A stretch of DNA of 64,000 nt from Tubiluchus corallicola. Lineage: Eukaryota > Animalia > Priapulida. Location of the stretch: contig JAQGDQ010000456.1 of NCBI GenBank assembly GCA_030141605.1, positions 88,672-152,671 of the forward strand, written 5' to 3'. The position numbers and the translations under genes are program-made. Shown here in pieces: positions 23,001 to 34,060 of the stretch; the first letter of the stretch is position 1, and each line of letters begins with the position of its first letter. The notes under the pieces are model-generated. The model searched no databases, was not told where the DNA came from, and was given only the letters and a program-made list of their open reading frames with translations.

Positions 23001-23873
23001 GTTCTGCATCTAGGTAAAGGGGTGTTTCAGATGGGGGCGAGTGCTGTGTCTATGAATATATGAGCCTCTGGTAATACAGTGTGGATTTTATTATTGGGAT
23101 TTTGAGTGGATAAGAGCAACTTTTTGCAGAATTTCTCAAAGGTTAAACAAAATTTAAAGATTAGCCAGAATTAGAACATTTGCCAAGTTTTCGTTAGGAA
23201 AAAATACTTTTAATGATCGTTCTTGAACAGTTTCTAACAAATCAGAGAGGATCCATATTTTCTACATGCAAACACAAGAGTTTGGGACCCTACATGTAAA
23301 CACAAGAGTTTGGGACCCTACATATAAACACAAGAGTTTGTTAGTTCTAGGGCGTCTAGTTTAGAACGCAGAAACCTAAAAAAATAAACACTCGACTTAG
23401 TTAAAAATCTGAAAGAAATAAAAAAGAAGTCATTTAACATTTTCTGGTGCATCAACTGGTCCAGTCACGTCGACAAATTCTAAAGTCTTTCACATACTTG
23501 TTAAGATGAAGCTAAGATTTATGAATAGATATTATGATAATGAAAAATTTGCATAATTAACAGCAACACTAATTAGGTTTATAGGAACACCTGTAAATAA
23601 ATTGAGAATTTCAATTATTATAAAAATATTTGTAAGCATTCAGCAAAATGTAGAAATAATTTTACATCTTTTTACTTTAATAGTTTTAATTAAAAATTAA
23701 CAGTTATGTGTAAATGGCTTATAATCACTTATATTGTAATACGGTTACCATGGTAACTAGCAGTAGTTACTATGGTGATACTCACCCGCAGTGTGAAACA
23801 ATGTACCAGCTGATACCAGTAATAAGACGAGCGCACGCAGGTTGGACACCATGATTCCACGGTCTGGCCACAT
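1883..23873 (-). CDS. Spliced gene for a Spitz/Keren/TGF-alpha-like EGFR ligand precursor, 242 aa. Coding exons: 23873-23786, 12640-12466, 9004-8943, 7865-7760, 5949-5826, 2056-1883
   Basis: All five introns are GT-AG with compatible phases (1,2,1,2,0), giving a 729-nt CDS without internal stops: MWPDRGIMVSNLRALVLLLVSAGTLFHTAES-CSRRSTPKPRPPTSTVRPNITAHTQSCKEPYNSNFCLNGGSCFSIQIGNSPISINCVCPTGWTGRRCELKDLPDDYYIKSAQRRVEAAGLAGGIAFLILIVVSVTIGIVIYVRQRRKLKYRTMHPSECSSTSDRRPFSGTTSKSSSMSASRIDKTDAIDKY...EEIASETVL*. Extra small cytoplasmic exons cannot be excluded. Confidence 0.9.
2670..3195 (+). mobile_element. Partial copy of MITE family A, with its terminus repeated three times around (T)nGG low-complexity DNA
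   Basis: Similar to 6460-6684; CTATGCCGACTTATGGA occurs at about 2871, 3048 and 3177. Confidence 0.7.
5254..5627 (-). mobile_element. Probable solo LTR carrying heat-shock elements
   Basis: Begins TGTTGTG, with a degenerate other end (TATAACT). On the minus strand the order is GAA/TTC arrays (5510-5590), TATA-like ATATAA (5498-5493), then AATAAA (5327-5322). No matching TSD. Confidence 0.5.
5826..5949 (-). CDS. EGF-ligand cytoplasmic juxtamembrane exon
   Basis: Acceptor gctttttag|, donor AAG|gtgaga; basic stop-transfer RQRRKLK directly follows the TM helix. Confidence 0.88.
6084..6684 (+). mobile_element. MITE family A, full copy (~600 bp)
   Basis: TIRs AAAATCGTCCGTAAGTCGGC / GCCGACTTATGAACGATTTT; the terminal ~65 bp is tandemly duplicated to ~6750. 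Confidence 0.75.
7057..7552 (-). mobile_element. MITE family A, inverted copy
   Basis: Reverse-complement similarity to 6084-6684 at both ends, e.g. ATGATCCTCATGAAATGGAGATTCAGG versus CCTGAATCTCCATTTCATGAGGATCAT. Confidence 0.75.
7760..7865 (-). CDS. EGF-ligand transmembrane exon
   Basis: Acceptor tgtctttcag|, donor AG|gtaagt; encodes AAGLAGGIAFLILIVVSVTIGIVIYV. Confidence 0.92.
8943..9004 (-). CDS. EGF-ligand exon: EGF Cys5-6 (CPTGWTGRRCELKD)
   Basis: Acceptor tttaatttag|, donor |gtaagt, 62 nt; phases match both neighbours; contains the G-x-R-C motif of EGFR ligands. Confidence 0.93.
9445..9745. repeat. 76-bp tandem repeat, ~4 copies
   Basis: AAGCAACC recurs at 9459, 9534, 9610 and 9686. 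Confidence 0.85.
12466..12640 (-). CDS. EGF-ligand exon: N-terminal CSRR..PKPRPP..RPNIT region and EGF Cys1-4
   Basis: Acceptor tttatacag|, donor |gtaagt, 175 nt; encodes CKEPYNSNFCLNGGSC...NC. Confidence 0.93.
14140..14210 (-). pseudogene. Degenerate 5S rRNA fragment (box A to box C)
   Basis: Minus strand reads AAGTTAAGCAATACTTACCCTGTTTAGTAAATGGATGGG, colinear with 5S AAGTTAAGCAACG..GCCTGGTTAGTACTTGGATGGG. Confidence 0.6.
17288..17527. repeat. 41-bp minisatellite, ~6 copies; continues in degenerate form at 18548-18680
   Basis: Unit TGTAGCATCTCACCTTCCTCGATCACAAGCAAACCCTTTTC. Confidence 0.92.
17526..18547 (+). mobile_element. 5'-truncated non-LTR retrotransposon (I/R1-group-like ORF2 C-terminus with zinc knuckle)
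   Basis: ORF 17555-18298 has LELLCGLPPLDI and LTGQGNFNSFLYRL..CDTSLCPRGEEEQTPQHILFRC; AATAAA plus (ATT)n tail; flanking 12-bp direct repeat ATCACAAGCAAA. Confidence 0.85.
18766..21174. repeat. ~160-bp satellite, ~15 copies, intronic
   Basis: TCACCTAGCTAGTTACACATT recurs at 18766, 18925, 19086 and onward with high identity. Confidence 0.97.
22346..22800 (+). mobile_element. LINE 3' fragment (RTEX-like zinc-finger C-terminus)
   Basis: LRIETGRW..RENRLCPCGDIQTEKHVIQTCP; AATAAA plus (TACA)n tail; the first 65 bp is tandemly duplicated. Confidence 0.75.
23786..23873 (-). CDS. EGF-ligand first coding exon (signal peptide)
   Basis: Start context GCCGCCATG; hydrophobic core LRALVLLLVSAG; donor G|gtgagt in phase 1. 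An upstream acceptor ttgtttcag| starts the exon at 23952, implying a further 5' exon. Confidence 0.8.
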
Positions 23874-24384
23874 GGCGGCGCTGAGGTAGCACAAATCACA
23901 ACTCCACAGTAATGGACGGATTGGACGCCACCTGGCGTGAAAACTCACAAACCTGAAACAAAGTGATTCTAAATTGAATAGGTAATCATAACCCGCAGGT
24001 GACGATGAACTGACGTACTGGTCAGCAGAGTGCGGGTTCAAGACCACGTGTAGATCGACTTTTACCAAAGTAAATTAATATATAGATATATAAATGTATA
24101 TATATATATATGTATGTATACATATATATATACCGCCGAAATTAATACATACGATACAGTGTTTATAAAATTCACTCTACCACGCTGAAATTTGACCTGC
24201 CAGACGATGGTTTTGATCAAACTGACACCTAGTGAGCAAACTAATCATCATGTTTTTCAACATTACATACCTTTAGCACTTTGTTTTTCAATTGCAAAAC
24301 TGCGTGTAAAGAAGTAGTTGTGATCATCAAACCAAAAGTTATTTTACCACATCTGTGCTTATAATAAACTCCCCGAAGGACTTT

Positions 24385-24846
24385 ACAATTCCTCACACAA
24401 TTTAAATTCCTTAACCTTAACCTTAACCCTAACCTTAACCTCGAGTAAACCAAACGCACTCTAAGCCTAACCATAATCCTTAACCTAACCCTAACACTGA
24501 TCCTAGCTCTAACTCTAACACTAATCCTAAACCTGACCCTAACAATAACCCACTCCTAACCCTAACCCTAACAATAATCCACTCCAAACCTAGTCCTAAC
24601 CCTAACCCTAGTCCTCACAATAACCCAGTCCTAACAATAACCCACTCCAAACCTAACCCTAGCCCTAATCCTAACAATAATCCATTCCAAACCTAACCCT
24701 AATCTGCTCTAACACTAACCCTAATCTTAAACCTAACCCACTCCAAACCTAATAAAAACATTAACCCTAACCCCAATCCAAACCCTAATCTATTCTAAGC
24801 CCTAACCCTAATTTCGTGCTTGTTCTAATTTCTTTGCGAAATTGTA
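24385..24846. repeat. Degenerate (CCCTAA)n telomere-like tract within short inverted termini
   Basis: CCTAAC/CCCTAA variants 24410-24812; flanks ACAATTCCTCACA and TGCGAAATTGT. Confidence 0.75.
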
Positions 24847-25824
24847 CTAATTCATTAAATAATTTCGCCCATCCACTTGTTCCTGACCACGGTTTCTGTC
24901 TGTCTGTCTGTCTGTCTGCCTGTTCGTCAACCCAACACTGACTCTGTTACTACTGAACACATGCAACAATTAGTCACATGACTTGGTAATTACACACTGA
25001 TACTACCAGGCTCAGTTCGATATTTTCAGGTGGTTAATATTTTCAGGTGCGTTTGATTTTTGCTTCACGAACATGTATGCCTACAAGCAGGTTCGCTGAA
25101 CCCTGCAATGCACTAAAAAATCACTAGATGGCATGTACCTGTTGATTGCTTTATCTGTCATCTGTTACCTGCACAGATACCTGACTCACGTGAATAAATT
25201 TAACATGAATTTCACATATCAATGTTGGACAGGTAAAAAGATACATAATTAATTTAATTAATAGAGTGAAGGTCATTTAATGTTGTAGTTGCAACATAGC
25301 AGACATGATTTATAAAGCAATCGCTATTGAGTCAGGACCTGCGACAAAGATTCATCAAAAACAAAGCAGCTAAACCAACAAGCAGAAACAAAAATTACCT
25401 AAAAGATAAATATACGTCAGCAGCAAACTTGTGTACAGAGTGCCGAGCGCAGGAGATATTACAATAAATACTGGGTCAGTGACATGTGCTGCCATCTATG
25501 ATGAGGTAAGAAAACTACACGTTGGAACCATCGTGACGAGTGAACACAAGATAACATATGATTATCGCGTGTTAATTTCATAATGTAATGAATTAATCAT
25601 TAATAAAAGAAATTTAGTTAATCACACAGTTCACTGCACCATTACAGGTAAAAACTGATTAATTTTCAACAGCAATTTCGGCAGCAACGATTTCTTATGA
25701 AGGGCCTATAGAAGTAAAGAAAAAATGATGCTTTCAGTCTAGGACACGAACTACACAGCCACGTGCACCAATCTTCTGCACTTCGTGGACTTAGAAAAAG
25801 TGGAGGTCTAGCAAAAGCTTGAAA

Positions 25825-25980
25825 AAGAGGGAGAGTGGAGAGTAGAGAGAATGAATGCATGAGTGGGAGAGTGTGAGAAAGAGAGAAAAATAGAGAGTGA
25901 GAGAGAGGGGGGAGAAAGAGTGAGAAAGGAAAAGAGAATGAGTGAGAGAAAGAGAGAGAGAGGGAAAGAGGGAGAGGAGG

Positions 25981-26030
<50 letters not shown>

Positions 26031-26313
26031 AGACCAAGTGAGAAAGAGAGGGAGAGTGAGAAATGAAAAGTGAATGAGTGAGAGAGAGGGGGGAAGAGAG
26101 AGGGGAGGGACAGAGAGAAAGAGAGAGAGAAGGGAAAAAGAGAGAAAAAGTGAGAGAAGGGAAAAAGAGACTAAGTAAGTGAGAAAGTGGAAATGGAACA
26201 GAGAGAGAGGAGGTAGACAGAAAAGAGAGATGGGGAAGAGTGTGTATGAGTGAGTGAATGAGAGAGAGAAAGAGAGAGAGAGAGAGGAGGGAAGAAAGTA
26301 AGTGAGAGAGAGA

Positions 26314-26369
<56 letters not shown>
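25825..26369. repeat. (GA)n-rich polypurine tract
   Basis: Direct inspection. Confidence 0.95.
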
Positions 26370-26371
<2 letters not shown>

Positions 26372-27659
26372 AATGTTTCTATAAACTGTGTTTTCTTTTA
26401 CAATAAACCTACCCAACAACTTACAACTTGCGAGACAGTTTTGGTCTAAATTTATCCTGTAACGTACAATGAAACGTAAAGAGATTCAAATGATGAGTCA
26501 CGTGACAACTCTCTTATTATTAAACGACATTGGACAGTTCCGGCCGACTTATGAAAATATTATCACGGAAAACACACTAGGCACTAAATAAACACAAGCA
26601 CGTGGCAAATTTCCTGATGGCCCTTTGTGCAACCCATACGCGAATGACGTCACTCACAACCACGTGCGTTTGTAAGATAACTAGACTAATAAATTACTCA
26701 AACAAAACAAGTTAAAATAATCGATATATGTCCTATATCACACAAGTATGGAAAGGTGAGGCAATAAAAAAGCGTGAATTGAAAAGTTGTTTGTAAGTAA
26801 ATTGGAAGGAGAAGCGCAAAAAATGAAAAAAAGTTTGAAACAATTAATGCCTGTAACAGTACTTCTATTTTTAGAACTGAGGTCATAATTATGTACGAAT
26901 AATTTTGTTAAACTATTTCAAATATTGACAAAATCTGTATTTAACTAGCGTGACTGTCGAACGAGCTCAACTATTATTTATTTATGGTCAATAAAAAACT
27001 TTAAATTAAACTACAACATTTCACAAGCAACTAACATTTATTTACAGTCAATAAAAAGCTTTAAATTAAATTACAACATTTGAGAAGCAAATTTCAAAAT
27101 ATAAACCTCTGAACTTTCCAAATAGGAAAAGGTAAAATAGTCAAACAAAAAACTCCTTTAATGGGTCGTAAACAATGACTATTGCTGAGAAATCAACACA
27201 GATGGCGCCACAAAAATTTCAACAATTTCGAAAACGAAATTTAACAATTTGTTGTAAACAAATAAATTATACTTACACAAACTACACGGAAAAGAGAGGA
27301 GGAAATGAAACTGCATTTTTTTCAGACAAACAAACAAAATGTAATTAGCCAAGACAGTAAAACATTAAAAGAAAAAGGAACAATAAGAAAAAAGAAGTGT
27401 TATACATTTGATACATGCTAAAAGTAATTCACGTTCAACATTTATGGTCATGATTTGAGATAATGATGGAATTTCGTATAAAAGTTGCAATAATTCAAAA
27501 CGTGGCTAAACTTTACAATTTGCCACATACAAGAAATTAGTTAATCAAGCAGATTAGTATTAGGGATAGGACTGGGGTTATGGGTAAAGGTTTAGGTTAG
27601 GTTAGGTTAGGTTAGGGTCATTTCCTTTTTTCCTGTGACTTTTTTACCTTGATTAGTCG

Positions 27660-27837
27660 ATTTGCCAAACACCCGGGATGCGTTACGCGTTCTTGCGTAC
27701 GCAACTGCGCGAAAACTCTCTAATAGGAGTAACTAAAGAAAAAACAGCGCAGGTCTACTAAACCGAAGATCAGTGAAAACAATATAACGTGAACTTTACG
27801 CATCAACGCGTGACGCATTCCGGATGTCTGCTAAACG
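27660..27837. mobile_element. ~180-bp hairpin MITE
   Basis: ~40-bp imperfect TIRs: TTTGCCAAACACCCGGGATGCGTTACGCGTTCTTGCGTA / TACGCATCAACGCGTGACGCATTCCGGATGTCTGCTAAA. Confidence 0.65.
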
Positions 27838-28536
27838 CCGCTTTAGAATGATTCAAAAATCGAATTAACTTGTCTGTCGCTTGCTGTGCGAATGCGGAAA
27901 ATATTTATAACCGATAGTACGAGGAGCCCTGCCATGTTGTGCCTCTAATGCACGCTTTTCATTGGTGTAACGTTTTGCCTTCTATCAAACAAAGCTACAA
28001 AAGAGACGACTCTTGCCTGCTATCAAACAAAGCTACAAAAGAGACGACATTGTTTGGAGGTAAAACATGTACAAACACGAAATCGGTTAAACACGAATTT
28101 CAACACGCAACTCCGGAAATTGGGGGCTCTTTGGGGGAGGGCAAACAAGCGAAACAATACACTTGTTGACTAACACGAACAAAGGTAGAAAAATTTAATT
28201 TGTATAAAAATAAACGCGCACCAAAACACGTTTAGAAGCCAAAATTCACGCTGACACACAAACTGTTACAGCATCACTATACATAACAACATGGAAATAA
28301 AACAGGATACGATACCGTGTTCAAAGATTCGTAAAGATCCAGGAATTTCGTAACTGAAGCCAAAATGTCAACCATCAATTATTAGCCAATGATTCAGTGG
28401 CTTCTAAAATAAACTATTGCCACGTGAAGTTTCATTTAGAAACAGTGATATGCGTAGGAGGAGAGAGGAAATGCATTATCACATGCTACAAAGACACGAT
28501 TACTTGGTAATTCTAATTCATTACTCCTATAACTTG

Positions 28537-29240
28537 ATCATCATCATCACAACCATTCACAATCACAATCGCCATCATCATCATTCATCGTCATCGTCAT
28601 CATCATCATCACTATCATCATCGTCATCATCATCATTACAATCATCATCGTCACCATCATTCACAATCACCATCGCCATCCACATCATTCATCGTCATCA
28701 TCCACATCATCATCGTCATCATTCATCATCATCATCATCATCAACAACATCGTCACTATCATTCATCATCATCATCGTCATCGTCATTATTCATCATCAT
28801 CGTCATTTTTCATCATCATCACCACCATTCACAATCACAATCGCCATCGTCATCATTATCATTATCACCATCATTCACTGTAACCGTCGTTGTCGTTGTC
28901 ATCATTCATCGTCATTATTCATCATCATCACAATCATCATTATCATCATCATCACCATCATTCACTATTACCGTCGTCGTCGTTGTCATCATTCATCGTC
29001 ATCATTCATCATCATCATCATCACCATCATCATCACAATCATCATCATCACCACCATTCACAATCGCAATCGTCATCATTCATCATCATCATCATCATTG
29101 TTCCTCATCATCATCAACATCGTCATCGTTATCGTCATTAATATTCATCATCATCATCATCACGATCATTCACCATCACTATCGCCATCGTCATCATTCA
29201 TCATCATCACCATCATCACCGTCACCATCACCATCATCGT
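28537..29240. repeat. Degenerate (ATC)n microsatellite
   Basis: Direct inspection; explains the poly-H/I/S ORFs. Confidence 0.95.
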
Positions 29241-29439
29241 ATGCCTGTTACCTCAACTGTAGACCTTGGGCAAGCAGAATGCGAAAATAAAAAATCTACC
29301 AACAAGACAGGTAAACACACAATAATCCAGGAAGAAAACTAGTCACTGCTATGCTAGTGGCTTGTCAGCACCACTTACGAGCTGCAGGTACATGCATTAC
29401 TCAATTCATACAAGCTCTCTAGAATATTATAGAAAGAAA

Positions 29440-29885
29440 CTGTTTTCTCATAATTTTAACATATAAATACTAAAAACACGAGAACCATTTCGACTGCAGA
29501 GTCTAGCAGACATCTTCAGTGTCATTGAGCTTACAAACAGAAATCAGTTTCATCAGCAAAACCTACAATACATGATTCACCTACACTAATTATGTAGAAA
29601 CAAAACATGTAGCGAAAAACATACACAGCAAAACTATAGTTAATATTTAACGCGAACTTAATAGAATTGAACTACTTTGACGTTAAGAGACGGTATTCTG
29701 GGATATATGGATAAACTAACCGTAGCAATCATGACTTACGCAACAGGAATGACTTCAATAATTTTAGAATTTTGGCCAAAGTTACAAATAACTGGGACTC
29801 ATTGATAAAAGAAAGTTTATCCATGTAACCTAACATTCATTCGCTTAATGTGCAAAATAGTTCAATTCCATTAACTTTGTTTACT
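29440..29885. mobile_element. Penelope-like element fragment (GIY-YIG C-terminus plus inverted pseudo-LTR)
   Basis: Plus 29730-29885 reads NDFNNFRILAKVTNNWDSLIKESLSM*PNIHSLNVQNSSIPLTLF; an inverted paralogous stretch lies at 29650-29720; a CTGAAGA...CGAAA motif is on the minus strand at 29519-29488. Confidence 0.7.
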
Positions 29886-29899
29886 AGCCTATCCGAAAT

Positions 29900-30365
29900 A
29901 CTTCTAGTCTAAAGTCCAATGAGTCTAAATAACCTATGTGTTCAAATGACCTAGTGCCCAGACGTCCTGTGTGTCCAGATTACCTTGTGTCCAAGTAAAA
30001 TATGTGTCCAAGCTAATCTAGCGTGTATCCAAATCACCTATGTGAACAAAATCTAGTGTCCAAAACACCTAGTGTCTGAATGACTTATGTGTGTAAAACA
30101 ATCCATTTGTCCAAAAAGCTGTGTCCAAATTACCCGAGTGTCCAAATTACTTTGTGTCCAAATAACCAGTGTCCTAATTAAATTGTATCCAAAAGACCTA
30201 CGTGTCGAAATTGTACGGCCAAAATTGTCTATTTCCTGAATAACCAGTGTCCAAAATAAACTGTACCCAAACGACCTACGTGTCGAAATTGCCTGCCCAA
30301 AATTGTCTATTTCTTGAATAACCAGTGTCCAAAAATGTTGCATTTGCAAAACTGCGTTGTCTAAA
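29900..30365. repeat. Degenerate ~20-bp TGTCCAAA-core array, probably the interior of a non-autonomous DNA element
   Basis: Recurrent GTGTCCAAA/TGTCCAGA. Confidence 0.7.
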
Positions 30366-30768
30366 ACCCCCTGTAACGTTGAAACTTATTTATCAAAGCG
30401 AACTTTATGGAACATTCTGTATGTAGAATCGCCTTTCTTTGAGACTTTTTCTATAAAATCCGCTTGTTATTCACAATCACCAGGGTAAAATCACCACATG
30501 AATGGCATCAAGTCGTTCACGGTTTGGCTGCGTTTGAGTTTTATGTATTTTTAATGAAAAGTAGAGCTGTGTGCATTCAGTAGGCTTGGACGTTACATTG
30601 TCTGCTCATTTATTTGCTTGGGTGAACAGAAATCGAAGAAGAAGAAGAATTAATTGAGCGAGTAAAGCCTAGTACGAATACGTTTCTACGCCTCAATAAC
30701 AGTAACAGTAAATGGCAAAACACTTTCACAAAGGAGTAGGGCACTGATGAATTATAAACTATAATGTA

Positions 30769-31243
30769 CAGTCAACCTCGGATATAAGGGACACTCGCTT
30801 ATAAGGGACTACCAACACCGGTCCCGATTTTTCGTAACGTTTTTCCTTATAAAAATCTTTGTATATAAGATACTCGGATATAAGAGACTTTCGGTTATAA
30901 GGGACGATATCTTCAGGTCCCGTGTAATAGAAACCCAGGTAAATTACCTCGTATATAAGAGACCCTATGATCAAAGCCAAATTGATGGATTTTTAACCTC
31001 AGTTTTTTTTGCAAACTCGACCTTCAAACAACTCGGTTTTCGTGGCCACATGCATCTCGCATCACTGAAGGACCTTCCTACATACCGTTTGCACTGAATG
31101 TGTAGCAATAATCCATAAAAATATGGGTAAAAGTACAGAGAAGTACAGGTCTAGATACACCCTCGGTCTGTCTCAAAGGGACATCGAATATAAAGGAAGA
31201 TTTTTTCCTGTCGCGAGGTGTCCCTTATATCCGAGGTTGACTA
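30769..31243. mobile_element. Tc1/mariner-pogo-type MITE
   Basis: TIRs TA|CAGTCAACCTCGGATATAAGGGACAC and GTGTCCCTTATATCCGAGGTTGACT; internal TATAAGGGA subrepeats; partial extra TIR at 31251-31270. Confidence 0.85.
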
Positions 31244-31439
31244 TGTATATCCTTATATCCGAGGTTGTACATATGCATCTGTCTGACACTAAGGGAGCAA
31301 GAGCATCAATGAAATTGTCACAGATTAAGATCTCATTGCACCTTGATGTAAAGGACAAACTGAAGCTGAAAAGAAAAAAAGGTTTTCATAATAGAAACGG
31401 CACCAGCAAGAAAAAGGGAGTAAGAGTGACGAAAGAGTG

Positions 31440-32015
31440 AGGTACAGTGATAAAAGAGAAAAGTACACTGCACCAAGGAGGTAGAGTGAGCTGCACCAAA
31501 TAGGCAAAAAAGCACAGTGCACCAAAGATTAGTAATCAGCCTCAAGAAAGCACAGTGAACTGCACCAAATAGGCAAAAGTACAGTGCTCCAAAGATCAGC
31601 AACCTGCACCAAGCAAGTAAAGTTAACGGCACCAAAGATTAGCAACCTGCACCAAGGAAGTAAAGTGAACTGCACCAACGAAGCAAGGTGCAGTTTATCT
31701 AAAAAGGCCTGGCATACTGCATCAAGGATGTAACCTAGCAGCAAAATAGTGAAGTAAAGTGCACCATAAGTGTAAATCTCAAAGCATAGCCAAAAAGGTG
31801 CACCACAGTAAAAGGGTTAAGCCTAATGCACCAAGAGTGTAAACGACTCTATAGCATAAAGGGTGCAAACTGCATTTTAGCAAAACGGTAAAGCCCAGAG
31901 TGCATCAGAAATGAAGCCACACTGTTGCAAAAGTGCAAATCTCGGAGCACCAATGCAAAGCACCACTAAAGATGTAAAACACGCCGCATCAAAGCCAATC
32001 GATTTCACCAAAAGC
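31440..32015. repeat. Old degenerate GCACCAA-core minisatellite
   Basis: Recurrent TGCACCAA motif. Confidence 0.6.
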
Positions 32016-32324
32016 ACCTTACAAACAAAAACCGTCATTCCGTTTTACAGCCACCATATACGCAGTAATCAAACAGGTTGAACAGGTGAAATCAAGTAAA
32101 GGGTTAAATCGGAATGAGTTAAGCTTCTAATGAAAGAAACAAATTCGCCGCTTTGAGACCATATTAGCGTGAGTAAAAGTGTCGTATAAAATCAGGTCAT
32201 TACTGCAGTTTACAACTAAACAGCATTAATGTTGAGAACTGCACGAATGAATGGACGACGATTTTTAAACCCTTCAAGAGTTTTTTGAACTTTGGGAAAC
32301 TATACAATTCTGTGAGGTAATTAA

Positions 32325-32771
32325 GCAGCAACAGCAGCAGCGACAGCAGCAACAGTGCAGGAGCTTCCATATGATTACTAGAAGCAATGAAACACCACCA
32401 ATAACAAAACAACAACAGCCAGAGAAACAGCAGCAACAACAACGACAACGCTCCTTGCAACCAGTACCACCCATCGCTGCTGCTGCTGCTTGTAGTATTA
32501 ACAGTGGTACGGGTAGCGTGCCATCGCAGCCGCAGTCATTGACAACAACAACAACAACAACAACAGCATCATCTGTAACAACAATAACATCAACATCAAC
32601 AGCAACAAAAACAACACATCAACATGTGTGACACAAAACAACAATAACAGCAACAAGAATAACTGCTGCTGCCGCCACCACCGCGACGATGACAGCCACA
32701 GCGATGACGACAACAGCAACAACAACGACAACAAGAACAAGAAGAACTACCACTATCACTACCACTACCAA

Positions 32772-32811
<40 letters not shown>

Positions 32812-33005
32812 GCTACTACTACTACTACTGCTACTACTACTACTACCACTACTACTACTACCACTACTACCACTACTACCACTACTACCACCACTACTAC
32901 TACTACTACTACCACTACTACTACTACCACTACTACCACTACTACCACTACTACCACCACTACTACTACTACTACTACCACTATCACTACCACTACCAAT
33001 ACTAG

Positions 33006-33045
<40 letters not shown>

Positions 33046-33126
33046 GCTACTACTACTACTACTACTACCACTAGCACTACCACTACCACTACCACTACTA
33101 CCACTACCACTACCACTACCACCACT

Positions 33127-33179
<53 letters not shown>

Positions 33180-33245
33180 ACAACTGCTGCAGCAGCAGCA
33201 ACAACAGCCGTAGCAACAGCAACAAAAACAACAACAACAGCAACA
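32325..33245. repeat. Compound (CAG/CAA/CTA/CCA)n trinucleotide tract
   Basis: Direct inspection; explains the poly-T/Y/V/S ORFs. Confidence 0.95.
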
Positions 33246-33490
33246 CCTAGAAAACTATTTTTAACCTCACAGGCCAGTCATTGCTGAACTATGTACTACT
33301 AGATGCGACGTGCAAGAATGCTGGACTCGAAGTCGATTACACCAGGAAAAAAGGAAGCCTCTGATTCGGCGTCCATGAATCGGAAATGCTTATCTTCACG
33401 GCTTACTATTGCAAACAGATGCGATGAATTACCGAGGCAAAAATCTCAAACCACCAAAATAGAACCGACATACTATATCCGTACCAACCT

Positions 33491-33770
33491 GCTGTGAAGA
33501 ACCTCAACACGCGTCATAGATAAGAAAATTGACTCGAAACAAGAAATGCTGTGAAGAACCTCAACACGCGTCATAGATACGAAAACTGACTCGAAACAAG
33601 AAATGCTGTGAAGAACCCCAACACGCGTCATAGATAAGAAAACAGACTCGAAACAAGAAATGCTGTGAACAACCTCAACAGGCGTCATAGATAAGAAAAC
33701 TGACGGGAAACAAGAAATGCTGTGAACAACCTCAAAACGCATCATAGATAAGAAAACTGCCTTGTGAAGC
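33491..33770. repeat. 57-bp tandem repeat, ~5 copies
   Basis: GCTGTGAA recurs at 33491, 33548, 33605 and onward. Confidence 0.9.
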
Positions 33771-33940
33771 AGCAATGAATCACTAGAAGATTTCCCAGCT
33801 AATTAATTAAGTAAAATAGTGATTAGGTGAGTGTGAATGAAGTACAAATTATCCATCATTCCAGATATGAAATTCATGTTTTCTGATAAGAACAGAACGG
33901 TTCAGCTACACACTATATTTTAAATCATATGTCGTCAGGC

Positions 33941-34060
33941 AACTACGACCATATCACGTTGAAAACACCGGTTCTCGTCTGATCACCGAAGTTAAGCAAC
34001 GTAGAGCCTGGTTAGTACTTGGATGGGTAACTGTCTCGGAATACCAGGTGCTGTAGGCTT
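33941..34060 (+). rRNA. 5S rRNA-derived sequence (diverged single copy; probably a pseudogene or SINE head)
   Basis: 120 nt matching metazoan 5S (..CTACGACCATATCACGTTGAAAACACCGGTTCTCGTCTGATCACCGAAGTTAAGCAACG...GTACTTGGATGGG...ATACCAGGTGCTGTAGGCTT). It has substitutions at the 5' end and after box C (GTAACTGTCTCGGA instead of GTGACCGCCTGGGA) and no oligo-T terminator. Confidence 0.88.

Noticed and set aside
28417-33246. Long poly-H/S/I/T/V/Y ORFs
   Set aside because: Translations of trinucleotide microsatellites.
33941-34060. Functional 5S rRNA gene
   Set aside because: Single copy, mismatched terminal helix, substitutions after box C and no oligo-T terminator; treated as 5S-derived.
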